NCBI GenBank assembly: GCA_041695225.1
Contig: JBGFRI010000003.1
Location: 86,325 to 150,324, forward strand
Origin: Deinococcota bacterium
GTDB taxonomy: Bacteria; Deinococcota; Deinococci; Deinococcales; Thermaceae
DNA length: 64,000 nt
Direction: 5' to 3'
Shown: positions 55,361 through 63,617 of the stretch, piece by piece
Layout of the letters: every line of letters begins with the position of its first letter
How positions within the stretch are numbered: position 1 is the stretch's first letter
Made by a program: the position numbers and the translations under genes
The notes under the pieces: model-generated
Databases searched by the model: none
What the model saw: only the letters and a program-made list of their open reading frames with translations
What the model was told of the DNA's origin: nothing

Positions 55361-56440
55361 CTAAATCCTCAGCGGCACCACCACCGCCAAATAGCCGGAG
55401 CCATCGGTTGGTACGACCATGGCTGGGGTCGTGGTACCACTCAAACGGAGCCGTACCTCCTCGGCTTTTGGCGGTAGAGCCTCAAGCAGATACCGGGCGT
55501 TGAAGACAACTTCCGGAATGAAGTCATCTTTCACTTCCATCCGAGCAGGAATCGTCTCCTTGGCGGCGCCGTAGTCCCCTTCGGTCCGCAGATGGAGCTG
55601 GTCTTTCTCGAAGAGCAGATCCACCCGCCGATTGTGCTGTTCTGCAACCAGCTGCAACCGGCGGAGGGCAGCTTCCAGTTGCGCCGAGTTAAGAGTCGTC
55701 TCACAGAGAAAGTTCTGCGGGATGACCTTCCAGTAGTCGGGGAACTCCCCGGCCATGGGCGCAAAGGCCAGGCAGGCCTCCGGGCTCAGAAGCGCGACCC
55801 GGCCCTGCTCGTAGGCCAGCTGGAGATCTGCTCCAGTCTCCTCAAACAGAGAGAGAATATCGGCGACAGCAGCCAGGGGCAGCACCACCTTGAAGGCCTG
55901 GCCTCCTGTTTCCAGGGAAGCCGTATAGGTAGCCAGACGATAGCCATCGCTGGCTACCGCCTTGAGATCGGGGCCGACCTCGAGCTGAATCCCCTCAAAG
56001 ATGCCCCGGTATACCTGGCGGCTGACCGCATACCGGACTGCCTTCAGTGCAGTACATAGCCTCTCAGCCGGTACTGTAACGGTTCCCGGGGTAAAGCTTG
56101 GCCTGGTCAGACCATCTGCCTGGACCAGGGTAAGCCGGGCCGAGAACGACCCTGCCTGTACCTGAAGAGCAGAACCCTCCAGAGCCAGGGTCAGCTCTCC
56201 CTGTGGCAGCCGACCCACCAGCTCGGCCAGCTTGGGACCATTAAGAGCTGCCGTCCAGGGCAGTCCCTCACTCTCCACCAGGGGCAGGACCATCTCCAGA
56301 TCCCGCTCATGGGAGACCGAGAGGCGCAAAGTCCCATTGGCCTCGATCTGAAGCGGGTGGTGGGAACCCTGCTTGGAAATACCCCGGCTCAGCACACTCA
56401 GAGCATGGGCAAACTTCTTGTTATCGACGATTGCTTTCAT
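55361..56440 (-). CDS. dnaN: DNA polymerase III beta sliding clamp
   Basis: VASDGYRLA, GEFPDYWKVIP, FNARYLLEAL and C-terminal VVVPLRI. Confidence 0.93.
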   Translation of the reverse strand: MKAIVDNKKFAHALSVLSRGISKQGSHHPLQIEANGTLRLSVSHERDLEMVLPLVESEGLPWTAALNGPKLAELVGRLPQGELTLALEGSALQVQAGSFSARLTLVQADGLTRPSFTPGTVTVPAERLCTALKAVRYAVSRQVYRGIFEGIQLEVGPDLKAVASDGYRLATYTASLETGGQAFKVVLPLAAVADILSLFEETGADLQLAYEQGRVALLSPEACLAFAPMAGEFPDYWKVIPQNFLCETTLNSAQLEAALRRLQLVAEQHNRRVDLLFEKDQLHLRTEGDYGAAKETIPARMEVKDDFIPEVVFNARYLLEALPPKAEEVRLRLSGTTTPAMVVPTDGSGYLAVVVPLRI

Positions 56441-56520
56441 CTTCTCCTCCTATCAGACTCTATTATACACTAAGGCTTAGAATATCTTTGGTATATAGTG
56501 GTTCATGATAGGAGGATAAT

Positions 56521-56742
56521 GTGAAAATAAGAAAGAAAAACCTCTTCAAGCGCGTCCTCGAGGAGGGCGCACCGCTGGACCTGCTGAAGCAGGTCGCCCC
56601 GGACCTGCCGGAGCAGGTTTTGCAGGAGGGCCAGGCCCTGCTGCGCAAAGCAGTCTGGCCGGAAGATGTCTTTGATGGGGAGCGCTTCCTCCTCCCGGTC
56701 GAGACGCCCGGCCAACAAGCGCTGCTGGCCCGCTTCCGGTAA
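56521..56742 (+). CDS. Small hypothetical protein
   Basis: TATAGT-N7-GATAGGAGG upstream; AGGCACA and a terminator (~56759-56780) downstream. Confidence 0.7.
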   Translation: MKIRKKNLFKRVLEEGAPLDLLKQVAPDLPEQVLQEGQALLRKAVWPEDVFDGERFLLPVETPGQQALLARFR

Positions 56743-56798
56743 CAGGCACAAAAAGAAGGCCCCCTCTCACAAGAGGGGGCGCCGCTTTGCCAAAAATG

Positions 56799-57227
56799 CT
56801 AACGCCCAACACTCTGCAAGGCCAGCGTCAGCTGGTGTCTCAGGGTCAACACCGTGGGGGCATGATCCAGCAGCAGCCATTCATTGCCCTGGCGGGCAAT
56901 AAGGAAACGGTCATCCGCCAGCAAAAAGTCAGCATTGACCCGGCCTGGCAGCAGCCGCAAGGTAAACCGCTGCCCGGACAGCCAGGCCAGACGGGCCCGG
57001 TCCTGTTCCCCAGTTACCACTACCAGGGTCTTACCGGTCAGAATGCGCTCCAGGCCCCGCACCGGCGGGGTGCTGCCCACCAGGATCAGGTGCTGGGTAC
57101 GAAAGGTGATAAAGCGCACCACCTCTTCCTCCAGACGCAGCCGCTGTACCTGGGGCTGGGGGTTAAAAGCAACCTGGGCCCAGGCCAGGGTAGCCAGGAT
57201 AAAAGCCAGTAAGACTGCCCAGCGCAT
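56799..57227 (-). CDS. Secreted hypothetical protein (possibly degenerate PLD-like)
   Basis: Signal peptide; translationally coupled operon. Confidence 0.65.
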   Translation of the reverse strand: MRWAVLLAFILATLAWAQVAFNPQPQVQRLRLEEEVVRFITFRTQHLILVGSTPPVRGLERILTGKTLVVVTGEQDRARLAWLSGQRFTLRLLPGRVNADFLLADDRFLIARQGNEWLLLDHAPTVLTLRHQLTLALQSVGR

Positions 57228-57823
57228 TACTGCACCTCCTGTTCGCGCTGGGCGATCTGTTCAATATGCTGGATGGCCAGCAGCACCAGCGGTCTGAGCT
57301 GGGCCGCCACAGGACCGTGCGGCTCCAACCAGAGGTCATTGCCTACCACCAGATAGAGCCGGTCCAGGTTGGCGCCCCGGATATGCGCTAGCCAGAGGCC
57401 GCTCCCGGTTAGGGCCGAAAGGGCGTCACCGCCCTGAGCACTGCCACTGACTATTCGCACATGGCTCCGCAGCGCCGGCGTCTCCCAGCCCGCCAGGGCC
57501 TCACGGTCTTTCTGGTCTACCAGGATCCGTAGCCGCGGCCAGAGGCTGCGGTCTCCCTGAAAGCGCCGGGCCAGGAGATCGTAGGTCCAGGTGATACGCC
57601 CGGGAGGCACCATCAGCAGGATCTCCTGCCCCTGCTCAAGGTGGGGGCGGTAGTCGGCAAAACGGGTGGGTACCAGCACATCAGCGGGCAGAGCACAGGT
57701 GATGCGGGCGATGCAGAGACCGTGCCGCACCCAGTCATAGACCCGGACCAGATCATCCACCCCGCCGGCCTGGGCAGCACCCAGCCCCAGTACAGCCCAA
57801 CAAAGTAGCACAAAACGGCGCAT
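57227..57823 (-). CDS. Secreted hypothetical protein
   Basis: Signal peptide; GGAGAGG RBS. Confidence 0.65.
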   Translation of the reverse strand: MRRFVLLCWAVLGLGAAQAGGVDDLVRVYDWVRHGLCIARITCALPADVLVPTRFADYRPHLEQGQEILLMVPPGRITWTYDLLARRFQGDRSLWPRLRILVDQKDREALAGWETPALRSHVRIVSGSAQGGDALSALTGSGLWLAHIRGANLDRLYLVVGNDLWLEPHGPVAAQLRPLVLLAIQHIEQIAQREQEVQ

Positions 57824-57831
57824 AGCCTCTC

Positions 57832-59370
57832 CTAACGCAGCAGATACCGGTACAGCTGGTCGGTGTCCCAGCCTGCAAAGCCGGTTATATTTCCTCCCGG
57901 CAGCCCTCTTACGCGGGGGATCAGGTAGCCCTCCGGGACGCTAATCCAGGAGTAATGGGTGCGCTCCAGCACGTAAGGTAGAAAGTAGGGTGGCACCGGG
58001 CGCAGCCGGGGAAGATCAGGGACCGGCACTATCCAGGGGGGCTGTGGAATTATCTCGAATATGACCGGCACAAACCAGTACCCCAGCGTCCGCATCAGCT
58101 GGGCTGCTACATACTCCCCCGGTGCCCAGCGGGCAGTAATGTCAGGCACGATGCCCAGAGTCAGCTGATTGAAGGCCTGGAAAAAGCTGGCGTAGCCAAA
58201 AACCTCCTGAATCACTGGATGGCTGGGGGGGAAGTAGCGCTTAAGCTGCTCCAACCGCCAGAATCCCGGCGCATAAGGGGCCCGCAGCCCGGTAAGGTTA
58301 GCGGTGGCCCCAGCAGTGCGGAGAGCCTGCTCGAGCAGGTCTTCGGCGCAATTGCCCAGTACCTGGCAGAGCCGGCTCGCTGCTGGCCCAAACGGGTGTA
58401 TCTGACTCAGGGCCCGGAAGCTCTGGCCGTAGTACGGCAGCAGCAGGCTGCGCTCCAGGTATCCCAGCCGGGCCTGGAGCAGGGTATCCGCAATAGACTG
58501 CAGGGCAGCTCCGGCCCGGACCGGATCAGGATTGATCTCCCCAACTGCCGCCAGGATAGCCCCGGTCCCGCTCAGATGGGCCTGCCAGGGTAGGGGGGCG
58601 AAGACCGCCCCTGCGGCCGGGTCAATGCGGGGCGCCAGCGCCTGCAGCACATCAGCCTGGTACTGCGGAAAATAGACCTGCATTCCGTGCTGAATAGCAT
58701 TCCGAACGTTGTCAGCGGCGCGTTGCTCATTGAACCACAGAGGCTGATCCGGGAAGCCCGGCGTACACCACTGGAAGCCGGTTACCCGTTCCCGCACACA
58801 AAAAGGAGGAATTACCATTATAGGCAGAAGCTCTACTTGCAGCCCATCGCAAAAGTCGGCGGTAGGTACCTGCGGCAGAGGCCAGTAGGTATCCAGCCGG
58901 TGCATCCCGGCGCTGGCAGGCAGGGTACCCGGCAGGGGCAAAGGAAAGTTTGCCGGGAAGTGCTCTGGATTGGCCTCTATGGCAATGGCAGGACGGGGCG
59001 GGTTAAGAGGACCCAGGCTCAGGCCTGCTGTGCAGAACATTAGCGGAAAGCCCGGCTGATTCAAAGCAGTCTGCACCCGCCACCAGTACCGTTCCTCAAA
59101 GCGTTGCCAGGCCCGGCGCATATCCCGGGCTACATCCCGGGTAGCCTCGGTAGTGCTAAAAGGCAGCCACCACTCGTAACGGCAGGTGCGGGGATCCTGG
59201 TTCCTGCACTGCTCGAGGCGGGTTCTGCGAGTAAGGCCCAGATAGGGCCACTTACCGCCAGGAAACAGCTCCAGGCGCTGATCAGGAAAGGAGTGCAGGT
59301 AGTCGTCGCGGGAAAAATCCTGCGCCCAGGCCAGCGAGATAAACACCAGTATGGCCAGCAGGCGCCGCAT
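57832..59370 (-). CDS. Secreted Cys/Pro-rich protein, probably transfer-associated
   Basis: Signal peptide MRRLLAILVFISLAWAQ; paired cysteines; operon context. Confidence 0.65.
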   Translation of the reverse strand: MRRLLAILVFISLAWAQDFSRDDYLHSFPDQRLELFPGGKWPYLGLTRRTRLEQCRNQDPRTCRYEWWLPFSTTEATRDVARDMRRAWQRFEERYWWRVQTALNQPGFPLMFCTAGLSLGPLNPPRPAIAIEANPEHFPANFPLPLPGTLPASAGMHRLDTYWPLPQVPTADFCDGLQVELLPIMVIPPFCVRERVTGFQWCTPGFPDQPLWFNEQRAADNVRNAIQHGMQVYFPQYQADVLQALAPRIDPAAGAVFAPLPWQAHLSGTGAILAAVGEINPDPVRAGAALQSIADTLLQARLGYLERSLLLPYYGQSFRALSQIHPFGPAASRLCQVLGNCAEDLLEQALRTAGATANLTGLRAPYAPGFWRLEQLKRYFPPSHPVIQEVFGYASFFQAFNQLTLGIVPDITARWAPGEYVAAQLMRTLGYWFVPVIFEIIPQPPWIVPVPDLPRLRPVPPYFLPYVLERTHYSWISVPEGYLIPRVRGLPGGNITGFAGWDTDQLYRYLLR

Positions 59371-59383
59371 ACAGACAGGCTCC

Positions 59384-60229
59384 TTACTTGTTACTCTGGG
59401 CAGCCGCAACGTTCAGGGTACGCCTGAGCACCACGGTGCGGGGGTTCTCCCCCATCTCGGTAAGAGTCCACTCCAACTCGATCTGCCCAGTGGCCACATC
59501 CTGCACCAGGATGCTGCCGGCCTGTACCGCTCCAGGCTCAATCAGCGCACTGGTTGGCAGGCGGCTGAGAGTATAATTCCTTTCCTGGCTGCCCTGCCGG
59601 ATCACCAGTCGGGCTACATCAGCGTTCACACGCCGTTCGGAAGTATTCTCAAGCGAGAAGCTGATCACAAAGACGCCCCCTCCCGAAACGGTTGGAGCCC
59701 CGCTTACCCGTGCAACGAGCCAGTCGCCAACAGGAGTAGGGGCGGGTGCTGCTGTCGGAGGTGGTGTAGCCGGTGCCGGGGCAGTTGCCGCAGGCGGCGC
59801 CGCCGGGGCCGGTGCAGGTACAGCTGTACGGGGGGCCGGGGCCGGTGCGACTGGCCCAAGGGTAACCGGGATAACCCCGGCAGCCCGGGCGGCCTGAATG
59901 GCATAGGTGCGGTTATGCAGGCTGCCGCCAATGCGCACGGTAAACTGCTGCACCCGGCCACCCGCCACCAGGGTCATACCGAATACCCCGTCGGAAGCCT
60001 GGGTATTTAGCTGGATGATACTATTTGAGATCCGGGTCACCGTCAGGAGTTCCGGACGGCCCAGGGTAACCACCTCCACATGGTCATGCGCGGTAATCAG
60101 GGTGTTAAAGCCCTGTACCACCGTTATGGTTGCGGGAACCCGCTCAAGCTCGTCGCTATATAAAACCCTGTAGCTTTGGGCGAAAGTCAGACCCCAGACC
60201 AGTACCAGTACCGCAACGATTATTTTCAC
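59384..60229 (-). CDS. Secreted two-domain protein with Pro/Ala linker (VirB9/TraK-like position)
   Basis: Signal peptide, two beta-rich domains, GGAGG RBS. Confidence 0.6.
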   Translation of the reverse strand: MKIIVAVLVLVWGLTFAQSYRVLYSDELERVPATITVVQGFNTLITAHDHVEVVTLGRPELLTVTRISNSIIQLNTQASDGVFGMTLVAGGRVQQFTVRIGGSLHNRTYAIQAARAAGVIPVTLGPVAPAPAPRTAVPAPAPAAPPAATAPAPATPPPTAAPAPTPVGDWLVARVSGAPTVSGGGVFVISFSLENTSERRVNADVARLVIRQGSQERNYTLSRLPTSALIEPGAVQAGSILVQDVATGQIELEWTLTEMGENPRTVVLRRTLNVAAAQSNK

Positions 60230-60324
60230 CTGTTCCTCCTGTGTATAAAGTCTATATCACCAGTTCGATTATAACTGGAAACCCAGCCAACCCCCACTGT
60301 GTATGAGAATCAGCGCAACCTGCA

Positions 60325-62031
60325 CTACCGCGGCTTCTGCTCTCCGTCAATACGGAGATACACTCCCAGTACCCCATCCAGCAGGATGGGCTCTTCCGGG
60401 ATAGCAGGCCGGGTAACCAGCCGAGGATCATAGGTGAGCGAGAGATTCCAGCCCTGGTAAGCACTACCCCAGTTAGCCCAGCGGGCCATGCCCACCGCAC
60501 CCACGACAAAAGCGGTCCCGCGCCGGGTGCCACCCCCACCCAGGTTTTCGGTACCGATACTGCCCTGCGGAGCCAGGAAATGGCCGTGCAGACGAGGGCT
60601 ATCGTCGGTCAGATTCAAGGTTGGATCAGTGTGGCCGTGACCCAACCAGATGTCCCCCCGCCGGCTGACTAGAGCCAGACGGCCCGTAGCACCCAGATTC
60701 TCGCAGCGGGACGGTACCAGCTGGTCACCGCTGCGCCCACCCACAAAGGTACAGGGGGGGTTTTCGTGAACCAGGCTAGAGGTGATCCGTATATCGTTAC
60801 GGGCCACGATCTCCACACTGACCCCCTCAGCAACAGCTAGGCCGAAGCTCCCGCCGGAAAGACGCTCTATGTTGCCATCAACCTCCAAGCGCAGCCGGAT
60901 CACCCCCCGATCTGAAGGAAGTTCCATGACATCAACCCAGCCTCCGGCGCTATACCGTTCCAGACGACTACCACTAATCCGGTAGCGGGAGCAGTTAGTA
61001 GAATCGCACACGTCAAGGTGCTGCCTACCACCTTCCGGCCAGATACGTACTAGCTGGGCTGGCCTGGGTAAACGTATGTTAGACACCCAGCCGGTCCGAT
61101 CCAGATCCAGGCTACCGATCCGCAGACCAGTCAGGTTCAGATCAACACCCTCTCCCCAGACCGGGCAGTCCAGGCCCAGACAGGGCCGGTCTGGATAGGG
61201 CAGCATCGCCGCCTGATTCACAAAGCCCTGCCCATAAAAAGCTATACCGGGAGTGGGAGTCCCCACACAGGTACCGTCTACTCCCAGGGAGGGACAGCTG
61301 CCGGTAGTTACCGCCCCGGCGAGCCAGGGATTCTGTCTTACACCCAGCAGGCCGGCCACATGCAGACGGCCTTCCAGCACCACCTGGCTATCGAAGAAGT
61401 GTAGTTGTCCAGCCCAGTCATAGGCATTGTCCAGTAACAAAGCATACCGGCTGGGCAGGGCTGCTCCCAGATCGAACTCGAAGGCCCCGAGCAAGAAGCG
61501 CTCCCGCACGGCCTCGCCCTGCTCCCCTCGCACATACGCCACAAAGGGCAGCTGGTAGCGCTGGATGGTCGCCGGGCCACCAGTACGGGGGGCACCGCCA
61601 AGGAAGGCCGGGGCCGTCAGACGTATATCCGGCGGCAACGGCACACCGCAGGCAGTCCGGCTGAAGTACAGCCGGAAGCCCCGGTCGCAGAGCAGGGCAT
61701 CAGCCCGGTTCTGCAGATCCTGCCGCAACGGCTCCAGATCAGCGACCACACTGCTCTGGCTGGGCGCGTTATAACCATCACCAAAAGCAAAGCGGCCCCC
61801 ACCACTCCGGCCGGCGAGAGCAGTGCGCAACTCCTCCCGTAAAGAGCCTGCCAGTAGCAGAAGCATCTCGTTCTGCCGTCCATCCAGCACAACCTGGGCC
61901 AGTGCCTGCTCTGCCTTCAGCCGACTCTGCTCACCTTCCTGGGCTGTTCTAACTGCCATCAGGGCTACTGCCAGGCTTACCGTCAGCACCAGGCCCAGCA
62001 CTAGCAAGATGGCATACCCGTCACGGCGCAT
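60325..62031 (-). CDS. PilX/DUF4900-like minor pilin or adhesin
   Basis: Type IV prepilin-like N-terminus RRDG-YAILLVLGLV and C-terminal LTYDPRL. Confidence 0.7.
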   Translation of the reverse strand: MRRDGYAILLVLGLVLTVSLAVALMAVRTAQEGEQSRLKAEQALAQVVLDGRQNEMLLLLAGSLREELRTALAGRSGGGRFAFGDGYNAPSQSSVVADLEPLRQDLQNRADALLCDRGFRLYFSRTACGVPLPPDIRLTAPAFLGGAPRTGGPATIQRYQLPFVAYVRGEQGEAVRERFLLGAFEFDLGAALPSRYALLLDNAYDWAGQLHFFDSQVVLEGRLHVAGLLGVRQNPWLAGAVTTGSCPSLGVDGTCVGTPTPGIAFYGQGFVNQAAMLPYPDRPCLGLDCPVWGEGVDLNLTGLRIGSLDLDRTGWVSNIRLPRPAQLVRIWPEGGRQHLDVCDSTNCSRYRISGSRLERYSAGGWVDVMELPSDRGVIRLRLEVDGNIERLSGGSFGLAVAEGVSVEIVARNDIRITSSLVHENPPCTFVGGRSGDQLVPSRCENLGATGRLALVSRRGDIWLGHGHTDPTLNLTDDSPRLHGHFLAPQGSIGTENLGGGGTRRGTAFVVGAVGMARWANWGSAYQGWNLSLTYDPRLVTRPAIPEEPILLDGVLGVYLRIDGEQKPR

Positions 62032-62947
62032 AAAAGAACCACCTCCAGACCAAAAGGCCCAGCAGACCCAGGGCTGCCAGCTGCCAGAGCCACAAAACCC
62101 GCGCAACCTTCGCAGGAGTACGGTCCACATAAACTACATCACCCCTGCCCTCAGCCAGGTCACGTAGGGCAGTACCCAGCAGGCTGGGGGTCTCCAGTCG
62201 CCAGTCGGCGGCCCGGGCTAGCAGAGTATCGTCTTTTGCATGGCCGATGGCTGCGATCAGGGGAGTCTGCATCCTGAGGGCCTGCTCTACTAGCCGGGGA
62301 TGGTCAAAGACCTCCAGGCCGCTGCCCCCGCCCCGCACCAGGGCGATTGCTGTGTAGCCACAGGTATCAGCCTGCTCCAGGTACTCCGCCAGAGCCTCCG
62401 GATTGAAGACCAGGCGGACTTCCTCAATCTGGTAGGCCGCCCGCTGTGCGCCCAGGGCACGCTCGAGGTCGTGGTCCACAATGCTCTCACGGGCGTAGAC
62501 CAGCAGTAGCCGCAGCTTTTCCCCGGCCAGCAGTCTCCGGCGCAGCAGGGTTCGGACATCCTGGCGCTCCTTGCGTACAATCCGTTCTAACAGCTCCAGC
62601 CGGGGATCGGCCGGAGGCGGCAGCTCACTAGCCAACACCTCGCTCAGATTGAGGATGGGCTGGATGCGGGAGTCTGCAAGGCTGTAATCCAGGTAGCCCC
62701 GTACTGTAACCAGGTAGCCGTCCTGCTGCGGTAGCCGGGCCTCCAGGGCCGGAGGAGCCAGCAGGGTCAGGCTCTCACCCTGCTCTCCCAGCAGTCTGTG
62801 GTACTGCCCATTCTTGTAGATCTTCTGCGCCCGCTGCAGACGACCCCTGACCACCAGAACCCGGCGGGTGAAACCATCCCGCATGGTACGTAGGACCTCT
62901 CCCGGATGCAGGATCAGTTCAGTAGCGGGCATATCAGCCTTGGCCAC
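62021..62947 (-). CDS. Exonuclease VII large-subunit-like protein with C-terminal TM anchor
   Basis: N-terminal OB-fold-like region; LVRGGGSG, AIGHAKDDTL..AD...ETPS; terminal hydrophobic helix. Confidence 0.8.
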   Translation of the reverse strand: MAKADMPATELILHPGEVLRTMRDGFTRRVLVVRGRLQRAQKIYKNGQYHRLLGEQGESLTLLAPPALEARLPQQDGYLVTVRGYLDYSLADSRIQPILNLSEVLASELPPPADPRLELLERIVRKERQDVRTLLRRRLLAGEKLRLLLVYARESIVDHDLERALGAQRAAYQIEEVRLVFNPEALAEYLEQADTCGYTAIALVRGGGSGLEVFDHPRLVEQALRMQTPLIAAIGHAKDDTLLARAADWRLETPSLLGTALRDLAEGRGDVVYVDRTPAKVARVLWLWQLAALGLLGLLVWRWFFYAP

Positions 62948-63380
62948 GGCGCCTCCAGCGGCGGATTATCAACTCCAGGCCGACTAGACCCAACAAGGCG
63001 AAACTGCCTCCCCACCACCAGAGCTGTTCCCGGGGAAGGGTTAGCTGAACCTGATCAGTTACCATCAGGGTCAGACCCAGCAGGGTCAGACCCAGCACCA
63101 GCAGCACCTGGCTGAATACCAGGCCAGCCGAGCGCAGCCAGATACCCGGCTGCTTCAAGCCTCCGGCAATCCAGGCATTCAGCGCCACCAGGCCCGCAAA
63201 CCAGAGCAGGGCTGTCCAGAAGTAGGGATACCAGGCTGCCAGCAGCCAGAGTAGCAGCGCCAGACCCAGCGAGAGGCCGGCAGGCTTCCAGGCAAACCGG
63301 CCCAGAGTCCAGGCCAGGGCCACCGGCCCGAGCAGGCCGGCGGAAGGCAGGCTGAGCAGGATGTAGCGCCAGGCGTACAT
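62934..63380 (-). CDS. Polytopic membrane protein (MYAW...), leaderless, first gene of the operon
   Basis: TACAAT-N6-ATG; about five TM helices. Confidence 0.75.
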   Translation of the reverse strand: MYAWRYILLSLPSAGLLGPVALAWTLGRFAWKPAGLSLGLALLLWLLAAWYPYFWTALLWFAGLVALNAWIAGGLKQPGIWLRSAGLVFSQVLLVLGLTLLGLTLMVTDQVQLTLPREQLWWWGGSFALLGLVGLELIIRRWRRRGQG

Positions 63381-63458
63381 GTCTGCATTGTAGGCGGGAT
63401 TGGGGCGGCTGGCAGGTAAAAATGAGAGGGTGGGTATGGGGGCCCGCCAAAGGCGGAA

Positions 63459-63491
63459 TCTTACACCCATAGATGCAGCATGGGTGTAAGA
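63459..63491. promoter_or_regulatory. Palindromic site TCTTACACCCAT-N9-ATGGGTGTAAGA (copy 3)
   Basis: Perfect arms, spacer AGATGCAGC. Confidence 0.85.
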
Positions 63492-63583
63492 AGCCCCGGC
63501 AGGCCAAGCCCCATACCAAGCTGTCGGGCTAAGCTCAACATCTGATGAGGAAGGGCATTTCTGCCGATTTGGCAAATGAGGAA

Positions 63584-63601
63584 GCCCCACCGAAGTGGGG
63601 C
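63584..63601 (-). terminator. GCCCCAC-TTCG-GTGGGGC terminator stem
   Basis: Identical to the other three. Confidence 0.75.
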
Positions 63602-63617
63602 CGTATATGGCCTGTGC

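Noticed and set aside
62934..63590. 218-aa version of the membrane protein
   Set aside because: The extension crosses the palindrome and terminator; the -10 box and the two remnants place the start at 63380.
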